From: Bacillota bacterium
GTDB taxonomy: Bacteria > Bacillota > Sulfobacillia > UBA995 > UBA9673
DNA: 64,000 bases
Direction: 5' to 3'
NCBI GenBank assembly: GCA_003599345.1
Contig: QZJP01000012.1
Span: forward strand, 16,507-80,506
Shown here: positions 47,235 to 57,858 of the stretch, piece by piece
Numbering within the stretch: position 1 is the first letter of the stretch
Layout: each line of letters opens with the position of its first letter
Translations under genes and position numbers: made by a program
Notes under the pieces: generated by a model
Told to the model about the DNA's origin: nothing
What the model saw: only the letters and a program-made list of their open reading frames with translations
The model's database searches: none

Positions 47235-48006
47235 TGCTCGGATCCCCCCTCACTAGTGTTCCGATCCTCTCCCCGGCGACCGCCTTCGCGATGTTACCTT
47301 GGCGCGCGAGGTCAAAGACCAGGATGGGGATGTTGTTGTCCATACAGAGGGACGTAGCGGTGGCATCCATCACGCCGAGGCCCAGGTTGAGGACCTCCAT
47401 ATAATCCAGTTCATCGTATTTCCGCGCGCCCGGGGACAGGTTCGGGTCCCGGTCGTAGACTCCATCAGTGCCCTGCTTGGCCATGAGGATGAGGTCGGCC
47501 TCGATTTCAGCCGCCCGGAGCGCTGCCGCGGTGTCCGTGGAGAAGAACGGGTTGCCCGTGCCCGCCGCGAAGATGACGACCCGGCCCTTCTCGAGGTGGC
47601 GGATAGCCCGCCGGCGGATGTACGGTTCGGCGATAGCCTTCATCTCGATGGCCGTCTGGACCCTCGACTCCGCCCCCAACTTCTCGAGGGCGTCCTGGAG
47701 GGCCAGCGCGTTGATAACCGTGGCGAGCATGCCCATGTAGTCGGCGGTCGCCCTGTCCATCCCACGAGCGGCGCCTTCGCGTCCGCGCCAGAGGTTCCCT
47801 CCGCCCACCACTACGGTCACCTGAGCCCCGAGCCTGACCACGTCGCGAATCTGGTGGGCGACTGACGCCACGACCTCGGGGTCGATACCCACACCCACAC
47901 TGCCGGCCAATGCCTGGCCGCTGAGCTTGAGGACGACCCGCCGGTAGGCCGGTCCGAACCCGGGTGTCCCGTCGCTCACCGTCTCTCGGGAGCCGTCCTC
48001 GCTCAT
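47227..48006 (-). CDS. pyrH: UMP kinase
   Basis: Amino-acid-kinase fold. [13 protein letters not shown]-terminal motif. Confidence 0.9.
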   Translation of the reverse strand: MSEDGSRETVSDGTPGFGPAYRRVVLKLSGQALAGSVGVGIDPEVVASVAHQIRDVVRLGAQVTVVVGGGNLWRGREGAARGMDRATADYMGMLATVINALALQDALEKLGAESRVQTAIEMKAIAEPYIRRRAIRHLEKGRVVIFAAGTGNPFFSTDTAAALRAAEIEADLILMAKQGTDGVYDRDPNLSPGARKYDELDYMEVLNLGLGVMDATATSLCMDNNIPILVFDLARQGNIAKAVAGERIGTLVRGDPSSD

Positions 48007-48680
48007 TCCTGCCCTCCGGCCGGCTTCCGCTCGGCCAGGACCGTGTCTCCCCCGAGCTCGAAGCGGATGAAGCGCCGTATCACCAGATTCTCCCCGATAC
48101 GCGCTCTGAGATCGTCCAAGATCTCACCTACCCGCCGCTCGTTGTCCTTGATGGACGGCTGGCTCACAAGGCATCGCTCCTCGTAGAACTTCTCGAGACG
48201 CCCTGTGACAATCCGTTCGACGACGCCGGGCGGTTTACCCTCCGCCTCAGCCTGCTTGCGGATTATGCCGCGCTCCGTCTCCAGAACCTCTTCCGGGACG
48301 TCCTCAGGCTCGATCCACGTTGGTTTCATGGCAGCTATCTGTAGGGCGATGTCGTGCGCGAACTCCCTGAACATCTCGTTGCGGGCCACAAAGTCAGTCT
48401 CGCTGTTAACCTCCACCAGCACGCCGATGCGCCCGCCCAGGTGGACGTAGGCCTCAATGATGCCTTCGTTGGCCTCCCGCCCCAGGCGCTTGGCCGCCTT
48501 CGCGAGCCCTTTCTCCCTCAGCCAGAGCGTGGCTTTGGAGAAGTCGCCTCCGCACTCGATCAGGGCCTTCTTGCAGTCCATCATCCCCGCCCCTGTAGCC
48601 TCGCGCAGCTTCTTTACCTCCTGGGCGGATACGTCGACACTCACGGTGAGTCTCCTTTCCTGAAAGGGGGCGGGCCGCAA
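48003..48680 (-). CDS. tsf: Elongation factor Ts
   Basis: UBA-like N-terminus [41 protein letters not shown]. Confidence 0.9.
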   Translation of the reverse strand: MRPAPFQERRLTVSVDVSAQEVKKLREATGAGMMDCKKALIECGGDFSKATLWLREKGLAKAAKRLGREANEGIIEAYVHLGGRIGVLVEVNSETDFVARNEMFREFAHDIALQIAAMKPTWIEPEDVPEEVLETERGIIRKQAEAEGKPPGVVERIVTGRLEKFYEERCLVSQPSIKDNERRVGEILDDLRARIGENLVIRRFIRFELGGDTVLAERKPAGGQE

Positions 48681-48728
48681 CCGGCCCGCCCCCGTGTTTT
48701 CGCATCATGGCGGGGCCTGGGCCCCATC

Positions 48729-49571
48729 CTAGCCGACCTGCGTCGGCACCTCGCGGTCCGCTCCGTGAACGTCGGCCTCAGGACCGGGCTCACTCGCCGG
48801 CTCCTCGCCCTCGTCATAGTTGTCGTAGTCCTCGTCGACGCCCGCGTCAGCCCCGAGCTCGCCCGGTGCCTCGTCTTCACGGTCCCCGGCGACCTGGCGT
48901 CCTTCGAGCACGGCGTCAGCCAGCCTCGAAGTGATGAGCTTGACAGCCCGGATCGCATCATCGTTGCCCGGGATGACGTAGTCGACCTCGTCGGGATCAC
49001 AGTTGGTGTCGACAATGGCGACTATCGGGATGTCGAGACGTCTGGCTTCCAGGACGGCGATGTTCTCCTTGCGCGGGTCCACGATGTAGACGATGTCCGG
49101 CAGCGACGTCATTTGCTTGATGCCCTTCAAGTACTTCTCGAGCTTCGCCTTGTCGTGCATCAGAACCCTCTGCTCCTTCTTGGGAAGGAGCGAGAACTGC
49201 TCGTCGCCCTGCATCCTCTCGAGCTCGTTGAGCCTCTGTATCCGCTTCCTGATGGTGGAGAAGTTCGTCAGCATGCCTCCGAGCCATCTCTGGTTCACGT
49301 AGTACATCCCACACCGATCGGCCTCGAACTCGACGGTCTCCTGCGCCTGCTTCTTGGTCCCGACGAAGAGGACGGTACCGCCCTCGGCGACAGTGTCTCT
49401 GACGAAGTTGTAAGCTTCCTCCATCTTCCGGACCGTCTTCTGCAGGTCGATGATGTAGATCCCGTTACGCTCGGTGAAGATGAAGGCCTGCATCTTTGGG
49501 TTCCAGCGGCGGGTCTGATGGCCGAAGTGAACGCCGGCCTCGAGGAGTTGCTTCATGGAGACGACGGACAT
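48729..49571 (-). CDS. rpsB: 30S ribosomal protein S2 with acidic C-terminal extension
   Basis: [27 protein letters not shown]… ATG 49569-49571 preceded by GGGGAGGTG. The 64-aa upstream ORF extension is rejected. Confidence 0.9.
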   Translation of the reverse strand: MSVVSMKQLLEAGVHFGHQTRRWNPKMQAFIFTERNGIYIIDLQKTVRKMEEAYNFVRDTVAEGGTVLFVGTKKQAQETVEFEADRCGMYYVNQRWLGGMLTNFSTIRKRIQRLNELERMQGDEQFSLLPKKEQRVLMHDKAKLEKYLKGIKQMTSLPDIVYIVDPRKENIAVLEARRLDIPIVAIVDTNCDPDEVDYVIPGNDDAIRAVKLITSRLADAVLEGRQVAGDREDEAPGELGADAGVDEDYDNYDEGEEPASEPGPEADVHGADREVPTQVG

Positions 49572-49790
49572 AATGGGGTAACACCTCCCCTCGCGGTTGT
49601 GGGCCTGGCGCTGTACTGGCTGCTCTGTCGCCCGACTCCGGGTCAGTAAAGACCGGTCGGGTGACGGCCACGCCGGCCCCCTCCGTCCCGTCATCGGCCC
49701 CACGGAACCGGCGTCCGCCGGCACCACCGTGGTCCTCTTGGGACGTGCGGAATCGCGGCCCATCCGAGCCGCGGGAAACCACTGCGAAGC

Positions 49791-49799
49791 ATTATACCA
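49791..49799 (-). promoter_or_regulatory. Putative extended -10 promoter element (TGgTATAAT) for rpsB-tsf, with a 220-nt structured leader
   Basis: Minus-strand reading: cgaTGgTATAATgcttcg immediately downstream of the codY stop. A perfect -10 hexamer with extended TG. No clear -35. Confidence 0.35.
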
Positions 49800-49817
49800 T
49801 CGGACGTAGAGCCCCGG

Positions 49818-50597
49818 CTACCTCAACTTCCGTATCTCGTCAAGCAGGTAGTCGTTCAAGACCTTGATGTGGGTGCCCTTCATGCCAAGGGACCTCGACT
49901 CGATGACGCCCGCGCTCTCGAACTTCCTGAGTGCGTTGACAATCACCGACCGGGTGATGCCGACCCTATCGGCGATCTTGGACGCGACCAGCAGGCCCTC
50001 CTGGCCGGAGAGTTCCTCGAAAATGTGGCGGACGGCCTCGAGTTCTGAATAGGACAGAGTCCCGAGAGCAACCTGAACGGCGGCCTTCCGTCGAGCTTCG
50101 TCCTCAGCTCTCTCGGCCTTGTTCCGCATCATCTCGATGGCCAGCACCGTCGAGCCGTATTCGCCCAGAACAAGGTCCGCGTCACTGAACTCCTCGTTGA
50201 ACCGCGCGAGAATGAGGGTCCCAAGGCGTTCTCCGCCGCCATAGATGGGGATTATGGTGGTGACCTTCCCGCTCTGGATGCAGCTCTCTCCTTCTTTGAA
50301 CACGCACGTCCGTTCTCTCTGCGTGATGTTGGGGTAGGTCTCGCGGACGTTGAGGATGCCCTGCATGTAGCCTGGCGGGAAACGACGCTCCTCGAGAACC
50401 TCCTCCACGAGGACGTCGCACTCGAACCCGTGCTGGGTGGCGTATCCGAGGACCCGCCCCCTGGTGTCCACGACGTAGGTGTTGCAGCCGATGAGATCAC
50501 TCAGCACCCGGGCCATGCGAGTGAACTCGTCCGCCGACCCTACGTACCTCTGTATCTCCCGGCTCATCTCGCGGACGTTGTCAAGCAGTGTCTTCAA
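49818..50597 (-). CDS. codY: GTP/BCAA-sensing global transcriptional regulator CodY
   Basis: 259 aa. N-terminal GAF-like domain. C-terminal winged HTH (…ASKIADRVGITRSVIVNALRKFESAGVIESRSLGMKGT…). Confidence 0.9.
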   Translation of the reverse strand: MKTLLDNVREMSREIQRYVGSADEFTRMARVLSDLIGCNTYVVDTRGRVLGYATQHGFECDVLVEEVLEERRFPPGYMQGILNVRETYPNITQRERTCVFKEGESCIQSGKVTTIIPIYGGGERLGTLILARFNEEFSDADLVLGEYGSTVLAIEMMRNKAERAEDEARRKAAVQVALGTLSYSELEAVRHIFEELSGQEGLLVASKIADRVGITRSVIVNALRKFESAGVIESRSLGMKGTHIKVLNDYLLDEIRKLR

Positions 50598-50649
50598 TGA
50601 TGCGTCTCCTCCCGCCTGCCCTCTGGGTGTGAACCAGCGGGCCTTTGCC

Positions 50650-52158
50650 TCACAACACGAACCGGCTCAGGTCTCTATCCCTTATGATGTCAGACAATTT
50701 ACTCTTCACATATTCGGCGTCGATGGTAGTGGTTCCCTTCACACTTTCCGGAGCGTCGAATGATAGGTCCTCCAAGAGGCGCTCCATTATCGTGTGAAGG
50801 CGCCGGGCGCCGATATCCTCGGTTTGCTCGTTGACTTCCAGGGCCATGGCGGCTATGGCCTCGATGGCATCCGCCGTGAAATCGACGTTGACGCCGTCGG
50901 TCGCCAGGAGGGCCTGGTACTGCTTTGTCACCGCGTCCTTCGGCTCGGTTAGGATGCGACGGAAGTCCTCCTTGCCGAGTGGATCGAGTTCGACCCGTAT
51001 CGGAAAGCGGCCCTGCATCTCCGGAATGAGATCGGAAGGCTTGGAGGTATGGAAGGCTCCCGCCGCTATGAAAAGGATGTGGTCCGTCGACACTGGTCCG
51101 TACTTGGTCATGACCGTGGAACCTTCCACTATGGGCAGGAGGTCCCGCTGGACCCCTTCTCTGGATACGTCGGGACCGACCCCCGCCCGGTCCTTCCCAG
51201 CTATCTTGTCCATCTCGTCGATGAAGATGATGCCGGACTGCTCGGCCCGCCGGCATGCCTCGGACGTGACGTCGTCCATGTCGATGAGCTTGTTGGCTTC
51301 CTCCGCCGCGAGAATGCGCCGAGCCTCCTTTACCCTGAGTTTCCTCTTCTTCATCTTCCGGGGAACCAGACCGCCGAGCCAGTCCTGGAAGTTGATCCCC
51401 ATCTCCTCGGCCCCTGCGCCCCCGAAAACCTGAACCATGGGAGGCAGGTGTTCCGGCACCTCTATCTCCACCATTTCGTCGTCAAGCTCGCCGGCCAGGA
51501 TGGCCCTGCGGGCTTCCGCGCGCTTGAGACGCGCCTCGGCCATCCGGTCCGATTCTATGGTGGCGCCGGCGTCGCCCTCACGCCCGTTTTCTTCCTGAGG
51601 AGGCGGGGGACCAAACAAGGCCTGAAAGGGGTTGGTCCGGACGGCTGGTCGCCGCCCGGGCAAGGGTGCCATGACATCGACCAGCCTGGCTACCGCGGCC
51701 CGGTCCGACTCCTCAGTGACTAGCTCCATCTTCTCGCTCCGTACGATGCGAATGGCCGTCTCCACCAGATCGCGGACCATGGAATCCACGTCCCGGCCGA
51801 CGTAGCCCACTTCCGTGAACTTGGTCGCCTCGACCTTCACGAAGGGTGCGTTGACGAGCCTAGCCAGCTTGCGGGCGATCAGAGTCTTGCCGACACCCGT
51901 GGGTCCGATCATGAGGATGTTTTTCGGGACAATCTCCTCCTGAAGCTCCGCTGGAAGGCGTTGGCGACGATACCTGTTCCTGAGGGCGATGGCCACGCAC
52001 CGCTTCGCTGCATTCTGCCCGACGATATAGCGATCCAGTTCGGCCACAATCTCCCTCGGCGTCAAATCCTTCTCCGCCGGAACCTCTGGGACTCCGGACA
52101 CGAGTTGGAAGCTCCGAACGTCTCCGCCGCCGGCGCTCCCGCTGGAGTCTGCGTTCAT
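50650..52158 (-). CDS. hslU: ATP-dependent protease ATPase subunit HslU (ClpY)
   Basis: AAA+ Walker [10 protein letters not shown]-domain insertion, C-terminal sensor domain. Confidence 0.9.
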   Translation of the reverse strand: MNADSSGSAGGGDVRSFQLVSGVPEVPAEKDLTPREIVAELDRYIVGQNAAKRCVAIALRNRYRRQRLPAELQEEIVPKNILMIGPTGVGKTLIARKLARLVNAPFVKVEATKFTEVGYVGRDVDSMVRDLVETAIRIVRSEKMELVTEESDRAAVARLVDVMAPLPGRRPAVRTNPFQALFGPPPPQEENGREGDAGATIESDRMAEARLKRAEARRAILAGELDDEMVEIEVPEHLPPMVQVFGGAGAEEMGINFQDWLGGLVPRKMKKRKLRVKEARRILAAEEANKLIDMDDVTSEACRRAEQSGIIFIDEMDKIAGKDRAGVGPDVSREGVQRDLLPIVEGSTVMTKYGPVSTDHILFIAAGAFHTSKPSDLIPEMQGRFPIRVELDPLGKEDFRRILTEPKDAVTKQYQALLATDGVNVDFTADAIEAIAAMALEVNEQTEDIGARRLHTIMERLLEDLSFDAPESVKGTTTIDAEYVKSKLSDIIRDRDLSRFVL

Positions 52159-52718
52159 TCTCCCACCTCCAGGCCACCGGCGTCACCGAGCTCTTCGACG
52201 GTGATATTCTCGTTGGTGTAGATGCATATGGAGGCCGTTATCCTCATGGCCTCGCGCACGATGTCCCCCGGCCCGAGATCGGTGTGTCCGGCCAGGGCCC
52301 TCGCCGCGGCCAGGGCGTAGCCAGCGCCCGACCCTATGGCGGCGATGTCGTCGTCGGGCTCGATGACCTCGCCGTTCCCGGAGATGATCAGAAGCTCGTC
52401 CTCACCCAGAACAATCATCATTGCCTCCAACCGGCGGAGGACCTTGTCCCCTCGCCATTCCTTCGCAAGCTCCACCGCGGCCTTTCTCAGGTGGCCCCGG
52501 TGCTCGCTGAGCTTGTCTTCGAACCTCTCGAACAGAGCCAGGGCGTCGGCGACACCTCCGGCGAAGCCGGCGATGACTTTACCCCCATAGAGCCTGTGGA
52601 CCTTGTGGGCCTTGTGTTTCAGGACCGTCTTGTTGGCCTCCAGCGTGACCTGGCCGTCTCCAGCCATGGCCCCCGCCGCGCCCCTCCTGACGGCAACTAT
52701 GGTCGTAGCTCGCAACAC
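52155..52718 (-). CDS. hslV: ATP-dependent protease subunit HslV (ClpQ/CodW-like)
   Basis: Ntn-hydrolase N-terminus …[12 protein letters not shown]… as in B. subtilis CodW (…HATTIFAV…). GTG 52716-52718 preceded by GGGGGGGAG. The 52-aa upstream extension to 52874 is rejected. Confidence 0.85.
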   Translation of the reverse strand: MLRATTIVAVRRGAAGAMAGDGQVTLEANKTVLKHKAHKVHRLYGGKVIAGFAGGVADALALFERFEDKLSEHRGHLRKAAVELAKEWRGDKVLRRLEAMMIVLGEDELLIISGNGEVIEPDDDIAAIGSGAGYALAAARALAGHTDLGPGDIVREAMRITASICIYTNENITVEELGDAGGLEVGE

Positions 52719-52794
52719 CCGGACTCCCCCCCACGACCGCACGGCCCCCGCCACTCCACGACCTCCGGGCGGGGGGCCGATATCCTCGAGCGAC

Positions 52795-53820
52795 TCAGGC
52801 GCGCGGGTGAGCGCGCCTATACACGGCCCGCAAACGCTCTTCCGGCAGACGGCCGTCCGCGACGCCGTCCACAAGTCCGGTGACGGCGCGACCCAACATC
52901 TGGCGAACGGCGCGGCTGTCAGCCCCCAGCGCGAGGAGACGGGCCGCCAGGTCGTCTCTCGCGGCCTCTAGAGACGACTGCCGTTCCTCGGCAAGCCGTG
53001 ACACGTAGTTCTCAACGATCCGCCTGAGACTCCTCAGGGCCAGTCGCCGCCCCTGCCTGCTCAGGAACAGGGCCTGCGCGTCACGCCTGGTCCCGGCGCC
53101 TCGGGCCCGGCCGCCCGCCTTGGCCGGGGACCTCTCGGGTCTTGGTGAGTCCCCGGCGGACCTGAGCTCCGACTCCCTCACTAGCCGCGGCCTGGCTACC
53201 TCAAGGTAGAGCGCGATCGCCGACCTTGCACGAGGTCCGAGAGGCACTACCCGTCCTCGCGCCGAGCGCCCCCCGCCTCCGAGACGCAGTGCGGCCCCGG
53301 TCAGGTCCACGTGGTCCACGTCCAGGGCCCTGACGTCACCCAGTCCTGCTCCAGTGGTCAGGAGCACCTCCACGACGGCTCTGTCGCGCAGGGCCCGGTC
53401 GCTCCCGCCCGGCAGGGCCGGTAGATCCGCTGTCTCGTCGGCCTCGGGCGAGCCGGTCCGCTGCATCAAGCGACGACAGGGAGGTGATAGCGTGGCCGCG
53501 GGATTCTCCCGGAGCACTCCCTGCCTGCAGAGGTACCGCATGAAGGCCTTTATCACAACGAGCTTCCGGGCCACCGTCGCCGGGGCGGCTCGGAGACCAT
53601 CCTCCCCGGACCCCAGGGAAACCAGGAACCGCCTGATCAGGACCTGGGTCAGGGGCTCACCCGGCGCGCGCCGGACAGCCCACAAGAAGAACTGCCGCAG
53701 ATCAGCCTCATAGGCGTGCACGGTGTTGGGGGAGACGTTCCGCCGGATCACGAGGTCGCTCAAGAACGGTCCAAGGTGGGCCTCGAGCCCAGTGGCCGCC
53801 TCGCCAGCCGCGAACGGCAT
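52795..53820 (-). CDS. xerC: Tyrosine recombinase XerC (CodV-like) with unusually long Arg/Ala-rich inter-domain linker
   Basis: N-terminal core-binding domain. C-terminal catalytic R…HxxR…Y residues. ATG 53818-53820 with GGAGAGG SD. It sits in the conserved xerC-hslVU-codY context, not an island. Confidence 0.8.
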   Translation of the reverse strand: MPFAAGEAATGLEAHLGPFLSDLVIRRNVSPNTVHAYEADLRQFFLWAVRRAPGEPLTQVLIRRFLVSLGSGEDGLRAAPATVARKLVVIKAFMRYLCRQGVLRENPAATLSPPCRRLMQRTGSPEADETADLPALPGGSDRALRDRAVVEVLLTTGAGLGDVRALDVDHVDLTGAALRLGGGGRSARGRVVPLGPRARSAIALYLEVARPRLVRESELRSAGDSPRPERSPAKAGGRARGAGTRRDAQALFLSRQGRRLALRSLRRIVENYVSRLAEERQSSLEAARDDLAARLLALGADSRAVRQMLGRAVTGLVDGVADGRLPEERLRAVYRRAHPRA

Positions 53821-53896
53821 CGACGTAGTCCTCTCCCCCGCCGCCCGGCAACCGCGGAGACATACCGGGTCGCACGTGGATTGAACCATTCTTCAC

Positions 53897-53925
53897 ATAC
53901 TACCATGTGCCCTTAAGTGATACAA
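53897..53925 (-). promoter_or_regulatory. Putative sigmaA promoter for the xerC-hslVU-codY operon (TTGTAT-17-TAGTAT)
   Basis: Minus-strand reading: TTGTATcacttaagggcacatggTAGTAT. The most AT-rich stretch in this part of the window. Confidence 0.35.
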
Positions 53926-54010
53926 CAAATCAGACACCTTCGTCATACGCGTCTTCGGACGGGTATGTTTTCCCCGCCGAGCCCGGTCTGCCGTTCGCTG
54001 GGAGCGCGCC

Positions 54011-56236
54011 CTACCGCTCACCTGGGGCGGCGGATTCCTCGTAACCGCACCCCTCCACGGGGCATCTCAGCCGTGTGACCCCGAGCTCCCCGTCGGAGGA
54101 GCGACCACGCCGGCCGGCCTCGACGAGAAAGGAGCCGCATTCGGGGCACTTGCGTTCGGTGGGACGCGCCCAGGCAGAGAAGTCGCACTCCGGGTAGCGG
54201 ATGCACCCGTAGAAGCGACGGCCTTTCCGGGTGCGTTTCTCGACCACGTCCGCGCCGCACTTGGGGCAAACGGCACCCGTCGGCAGGACGTATGGCCGGG
54301 TCCGCCGGCATTCCGGGTAGCCGGAGCAGGCGAGGAACCTCCCATACCGCCCGTACTTGACGACCATGGGCCGGCCGCAAGTCTCGCAGAGGATACCCGT
54401 TTCCTCCTCAGGCACCTCCACGCGGCCGAGCTTCTTCTCGGCCAGGCCCAAAGCCTCGTGGAAAGGCTCGTAGAAGTTCCTTACCACCTTCCGCCAGGGC
54501 AGGGTGCCGTCCTCTACCTCATCCAGCTGGTCCTCGAGGCTGGCCGTGAAGCCGACATCGATCACACCAGGAAAGTGCTCGACTAGAAGGTCGGTGACCA
54601 CTTCGCCGAGCCTGGTGGGAACGAGACGCCCGTCCTGCTTCTCCACGTAGTTCCGAGCCAGGATAGTCTCTATCGTCGGGGCGTAGGTGCTGGGACGTCC
54701 GATCCCGAGTTCCTCCATTGCCTTGACCAGGGTGGCCTCCGAGTAGCGGGGGGGTGGGGACGTGAAGTGCCGCTCCGCCAGAAGGTCCACCAGACTGACC
54801 TCGTCACCCTTGCGCACCGCCCGGAGAGCGGCGGTCCCCCCACTGTTCAGAGCCTCCTCCTGCTCTGAGTCGTCCTGCGCCGCTGCTCCCCCGTCAACAA
54901 GCCCCCCATCGTCCCCGGCCAGACTTGCCGCCGCCAGGAACCCGGGGAACCGCAGGCGGGAGCCGGCGCTCCGGTAGCCCCAACGACCGGCCGCAATGTC
55001 GACGCTCGCCGTGTCGTAAACAGCCGCCGCCATCTCGCTGGCGATGAACCGCTCCCAGATAAGCCGGTAGAGGCGGAACTGATCGTTGGTCAGGAAAGAC
55101 CTGACTGCCGAGGGTGGCCGCGCGGGCTCGGTCGGTCTGATGGCCTCGTGTGCGCCCTGGGCTAGCCGAGACTGCTTTGCCCTAGGGGACCGAGCGGGTA
55201 AGTAAGCCGGACCGAGGGCCGAGGCAACTAGCTCCGTGGCCTGGACCCGCGCCGAGGTGGAAACGCGCGTCGCATCGGTCCTCATGTAGGTTATGAGCCC
55301 CACGGGCCCCGCCTCACCCAGTTCGAGTCCTTCATACAGCTGCTGCGCGACGGCCATGGTCTTGCGCACGGTGAATCCCAGGCGGTTGGCGGCCTCCTGC
55401 TGCAAGGTGCTCGTCGTGAACGCGCTCGGAGGGTTCCGCCGCCGGGTTCCACGCTTGACGGCAAGGACGGACCAGCCGGATGTGCGGCTTTCCCCGACAA
55501 TGGCGTCAGCGCGCGTCCTGTCCGGGACATCCTCCTTCTCGATGCGGCCCGACTCGCCGACCAGGCCCACGAACCGGGCGGAGAAGACCTCGCTGGTCTC
55601 GGTGGCGTCCAAGGAGAGCGTGGCCGTGATGGTCCAGTACTCCTGAGGCGAGAAGGCCCGAATCTCCTCCTCGCGGTCATGGATCAGCCGCACGGCGACA
55701 CTCTGGACCCGGCCCGCCGAGAGGCCCCGCCGCACCTTACGCCACAGGAGCGGGCTGAGTTCATACCCCACAAGGCGGTCGAGTACGCGGCGTGCCTGCT
55801 GTGCGTCGACAAGGTTCATGTCGACGGGCCTAGGGTTCCTCATGGCCTCCGCGATGGCGTCCTTTGTAATCTCATGGAAGACGATACGGCACGGAGCCGT
55901 GGGGTCGACTTCGAGGAGGTGAGCCAGGTGCCACGAGATAGCTTCGCCTTCGCGGTCCGGGTCGGCGGCCAGGTAGACTTTCCTGGCCTTACCGGCTAGG
56001 GCCTTCAGGCCGCGAACCACGGGACCCCGGCCCCGGACGGTGATGTAGCGAGGCTCGAAATCCTGAGAGACGTCCACGCCGAGCTGGCTTCGCGGGAGGT
56101 CGCGCAGGTGCCCGAGGCTGGCCGCCACCTTGTAGGCGCGACCGAAGGCCTTCTCGATGGTGCGGGCCTTCGCGGGGGACTCAACGACTATCAGGGGTTT
56201 TCCTCTCCCGCCGACGTGGGTTTTTCGTCCGGCCAA
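54011..56236 (-). CDS. topA: DNA topoisomerase I with C-terminal zinc-ribbon repeats
   Basis: Toprim domain, catalytic Tyr region, three C4 zinc ribbons (CETCGRPM…C, CPKCG…C, CPECG…C). Confidence 0.9.
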   Translation of the reverse strand: MAGRKTHVGGRGKPLIVVESPAKARTIEKAFGRAYKVAASLGHLRDLPRSQLGVDVSQDFEPRYITVRGRGPVVRGLKALAGKARKVYLAADPDREGEAISWHLAHLLEVDPTAPCRIVFHEITKDAIAEAMRNPRPVDMNLVDAQQARRVLDRLVGYELSPLLWRKVRRGLSAGRVQSVAVRLIHDREEEIRAFSPQEYWTITATLSLDATETSEVFSARFVGLVGESGRIEKEDVPDRTRADAIVGESRTSGWSVLAVKRGTRRRNPPSAFTTSTLQQEAANRLGFTVRKTMAVAQQLYEGLELGEAGPVGLITYMRTDATRVSTSARVQATELVASALGPAYLPARSPRAKQSRLAQGAHEAIRPTEPARPPSAVRSFLTNDQFRLYRLIWERFIASEMAAAVYDTASVDIAAGRWGYRSAGSRLRFPGFLAAASLAGDDGGLVDGGAAAQDDSEQEEALNSGGTAALRAVRKGDEVSLVDLLAERHFTSPPPRYSEATLVKAMEELGIGRPSTYAPTIETILARNYVEKQDGRLVPTRLGEVVTDLLVEHFPGVIDVGFTASLEDQLDEVEDGTLPWRKVVRNFYEPFHEALGLAEKKLGRVEVPEEETGILCETCGRPMVVKYGRYGRFLACSGYPECRRTRPYVLPTGAVCPKCGADVVEKRTRKGRRFYGCIRYPECDFSAWARPTERKCPECGSFLVEAGRRGRSSDGELGVTRLRCPVEGCGYEESAAPGER

Positions 56237-56303
56237 CGTTCTCCTCCGTCTGAGAGTCGGTGTGTGCCGCAGAATGAGCGTCCAGCAGGCAGACTCGGGG
56301 CAC

Positions 56304-57548
56304 TCAAATGGTCCCTGGAGTCCGTCCGGAGTCCGGCGACGGGCGTCTGGCGTACGAATCGCCCGGCAGCCTCACGACGAGCCCCATGACCTCCAGCACG
56401 CCCAAGACGGCCCCCAGCCTATCGGCTTTGAGCCCAGTTCGCGCCGTGAGAACCCCGAACCCCACCGCTTCCCCTTCACCTATGGCGTCAAGGACCATCC
56501 GACCGTCCGGCCCAAGGGTCCCGCGTGGGTCGGTTATGGCCCGGCTCGGGTCCGGGGTGAGCGACGGCTCGGCTCCGGAGGTCGACCGCTGGCCCTCCCC
56601 GGACGCCGACGACGATCCCTGAGGCCCTGGGTTCAGGGGCCCGGGCCAGTCCGCCACGGCCACTATTCCGATGTCGACCAGCACGTGGGACCCGCTCCCA
56701 ACCGCCTTGCCGCCGAGGCGCAAGCACTCGAGAGACCCCTGGTACGTGGGCGAGGTCAATGGACCCGGAACGGCCATGACCACACGACCGAATTCCCTGG
56801 CCGCCGATGCGGTCAGCAGCGCTCCGGAACCCGACGGGGCCTCCGTGACGACCACGCCCAGGGCCATTCCGGCAACAACCCGGTTGCGGGCCACGAAGTT
56901 CCTCTCGCCGGGTATCGTATCCGACGGGAATTGGCTTATGACCGCTCCCCCGCTGGACACCATCTCGCGAGCCAGCCCGGAGTTGCACGGTGGATACAGG
57001 TGGCCGAGCCCGGACCCCAGGACGGCCACGGTGCGTCCGCCGGCCTCGAGGGCCGCGCGGTGGGCCACGGTGTCGATGCCTACGGCGAGGCCGGAGATCA
57101 CTGTCACACCAGCCCGGGCTATCTCCCGGACAAGCCCCGACGTCATCTCGCGACCGTACGGGGTGGGTTTGCGGGTCCCGACTACAGCCACCGACGGGGC
57201 CTCGAGGCACTCCGGATCTCCCAGCACGTAGAGCACGGGCGGGCGACCTGCGATAGAGAGTAAACCACACGGGTAAGCGGCGTCAAGCGCGGTGACGATC
57301 CGCGTGCAGGTTCGAGCCTGCTCCGCGTATGCCCGGAAGGGGTCCGAACGTTCGCGCCCGCGCAACAGTGCCTGCCGGACTTCGGCGGGCAGGACGCGGC
57401 TGGCTTCGAGTTCGGCTGCCGAGGCCCCCCATGCGGCCCGCGCCGACCCGAACCACTCGACGAGTCCGAAAAACCGTTTACTCCCGATGCCTGGGACGGA
57501 ACTCAGTGAGACCCAGTAGGCGCGTTCCTCGACGTCTTCGGAGGTCAT
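56304..57548 (-). CDS. dprA: DNA processing protein DprA (Smf)
   Basis: SAM-like N-terminus (VSLSSVPGIGSKRF). Rossmann-like DprA domain (SGLAVGIDTVAHRAALEAGGRTVAVLGSGLGHLYP). ATG 57546-57548 with GGGGGAG SD. The 129-aa upstream ORF extension is rejected. Confidence 0.8.
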   Translation of the reverse strand: MTSEDVEERAYWVSLSSVPGIGSKRFFGLVEWFGSARAAWGASAAELEASRVLPAEVRQALLRGRERSDPFRAYAEQARTCTRIVTALDAAYPCGLLSIAGRPPVLYVLGDPECLEAPSVAVVGTRKPTPYGREMTSGLVREIARAGVTVISGLAVGIDTVAHRAALEAGGRTVAVLGSGLGHLYPPCNSGLAREMVSSGGAVISQFPSDTIPGERNFVARNRVVAGMALGVVVTEAPSGSGALLTASAAREFGRVVMAVPGPLTSPTYQGSLECLRLGGKAVGSGSHVLVDIGIVAVADWPGPLNPGPQGSSSASGEGQRSTSGAEPSLTPDPSRAITDPRGTLGPDGRMVLDAIGEGEAVGFGVLTARTGLKADRLGAVLGVLEVMGLVVRLPGDSYARRPSPDSGRTPGTI

Positions 57549-57704
57549 GTTCCTGTCTCCCCCAAACCGGAAAAAGGGATGGCCGCCTGCGGAGCCGTCG
57601 TGGGTGTCTTTCGCGCCAGTGCGCGGCCGGAAGGTAGAGGGTCCCCGGCCGCTCCCAGGTTTCGCCGGGGATTGCTCCGGGCCTGCCGGCTGGCCGCAGG
57701 GGCG

Positions 57705-57820
57705 TCGGGGGCTCCGGTGAGGCCGGCAGGTGGTCCAGTCAGGCGGCAGGGGCGGCCTCACCAGACCCCCAGCACTCCTACTTCGGCAAAGGCGGCCGAA
57801 CCGGAGCCCCCGACACCCCT
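57705..57820. repeat. REP-like GC-rich palindromic element, copy C
   Basis: gtcgggggctccggtgaggccggcaggtggtccagtcaggcggcaggggcggcctcaccag…ggcggccgaaccggagcccccgacacccc. Same termini as copies A and B with a different internal hairpin. It sits between the ABC exporter stop and the dprA start. Confidence 0.75.
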
Positions 57821-57858
57821 GCCTTACGGACAGCGGCCACACGGGGCCCCGACACCGC

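Noticed and set aside
52795-53889. Mobile element or integrase island around xerC
   Set aside because: The recombinase sits in the conserved xerC(codV)-hslV-hslU-codY operon context with no flanking repeats, att-like duplications or phage genes. It is the chromosomal dimer-resolution-type recombinase.
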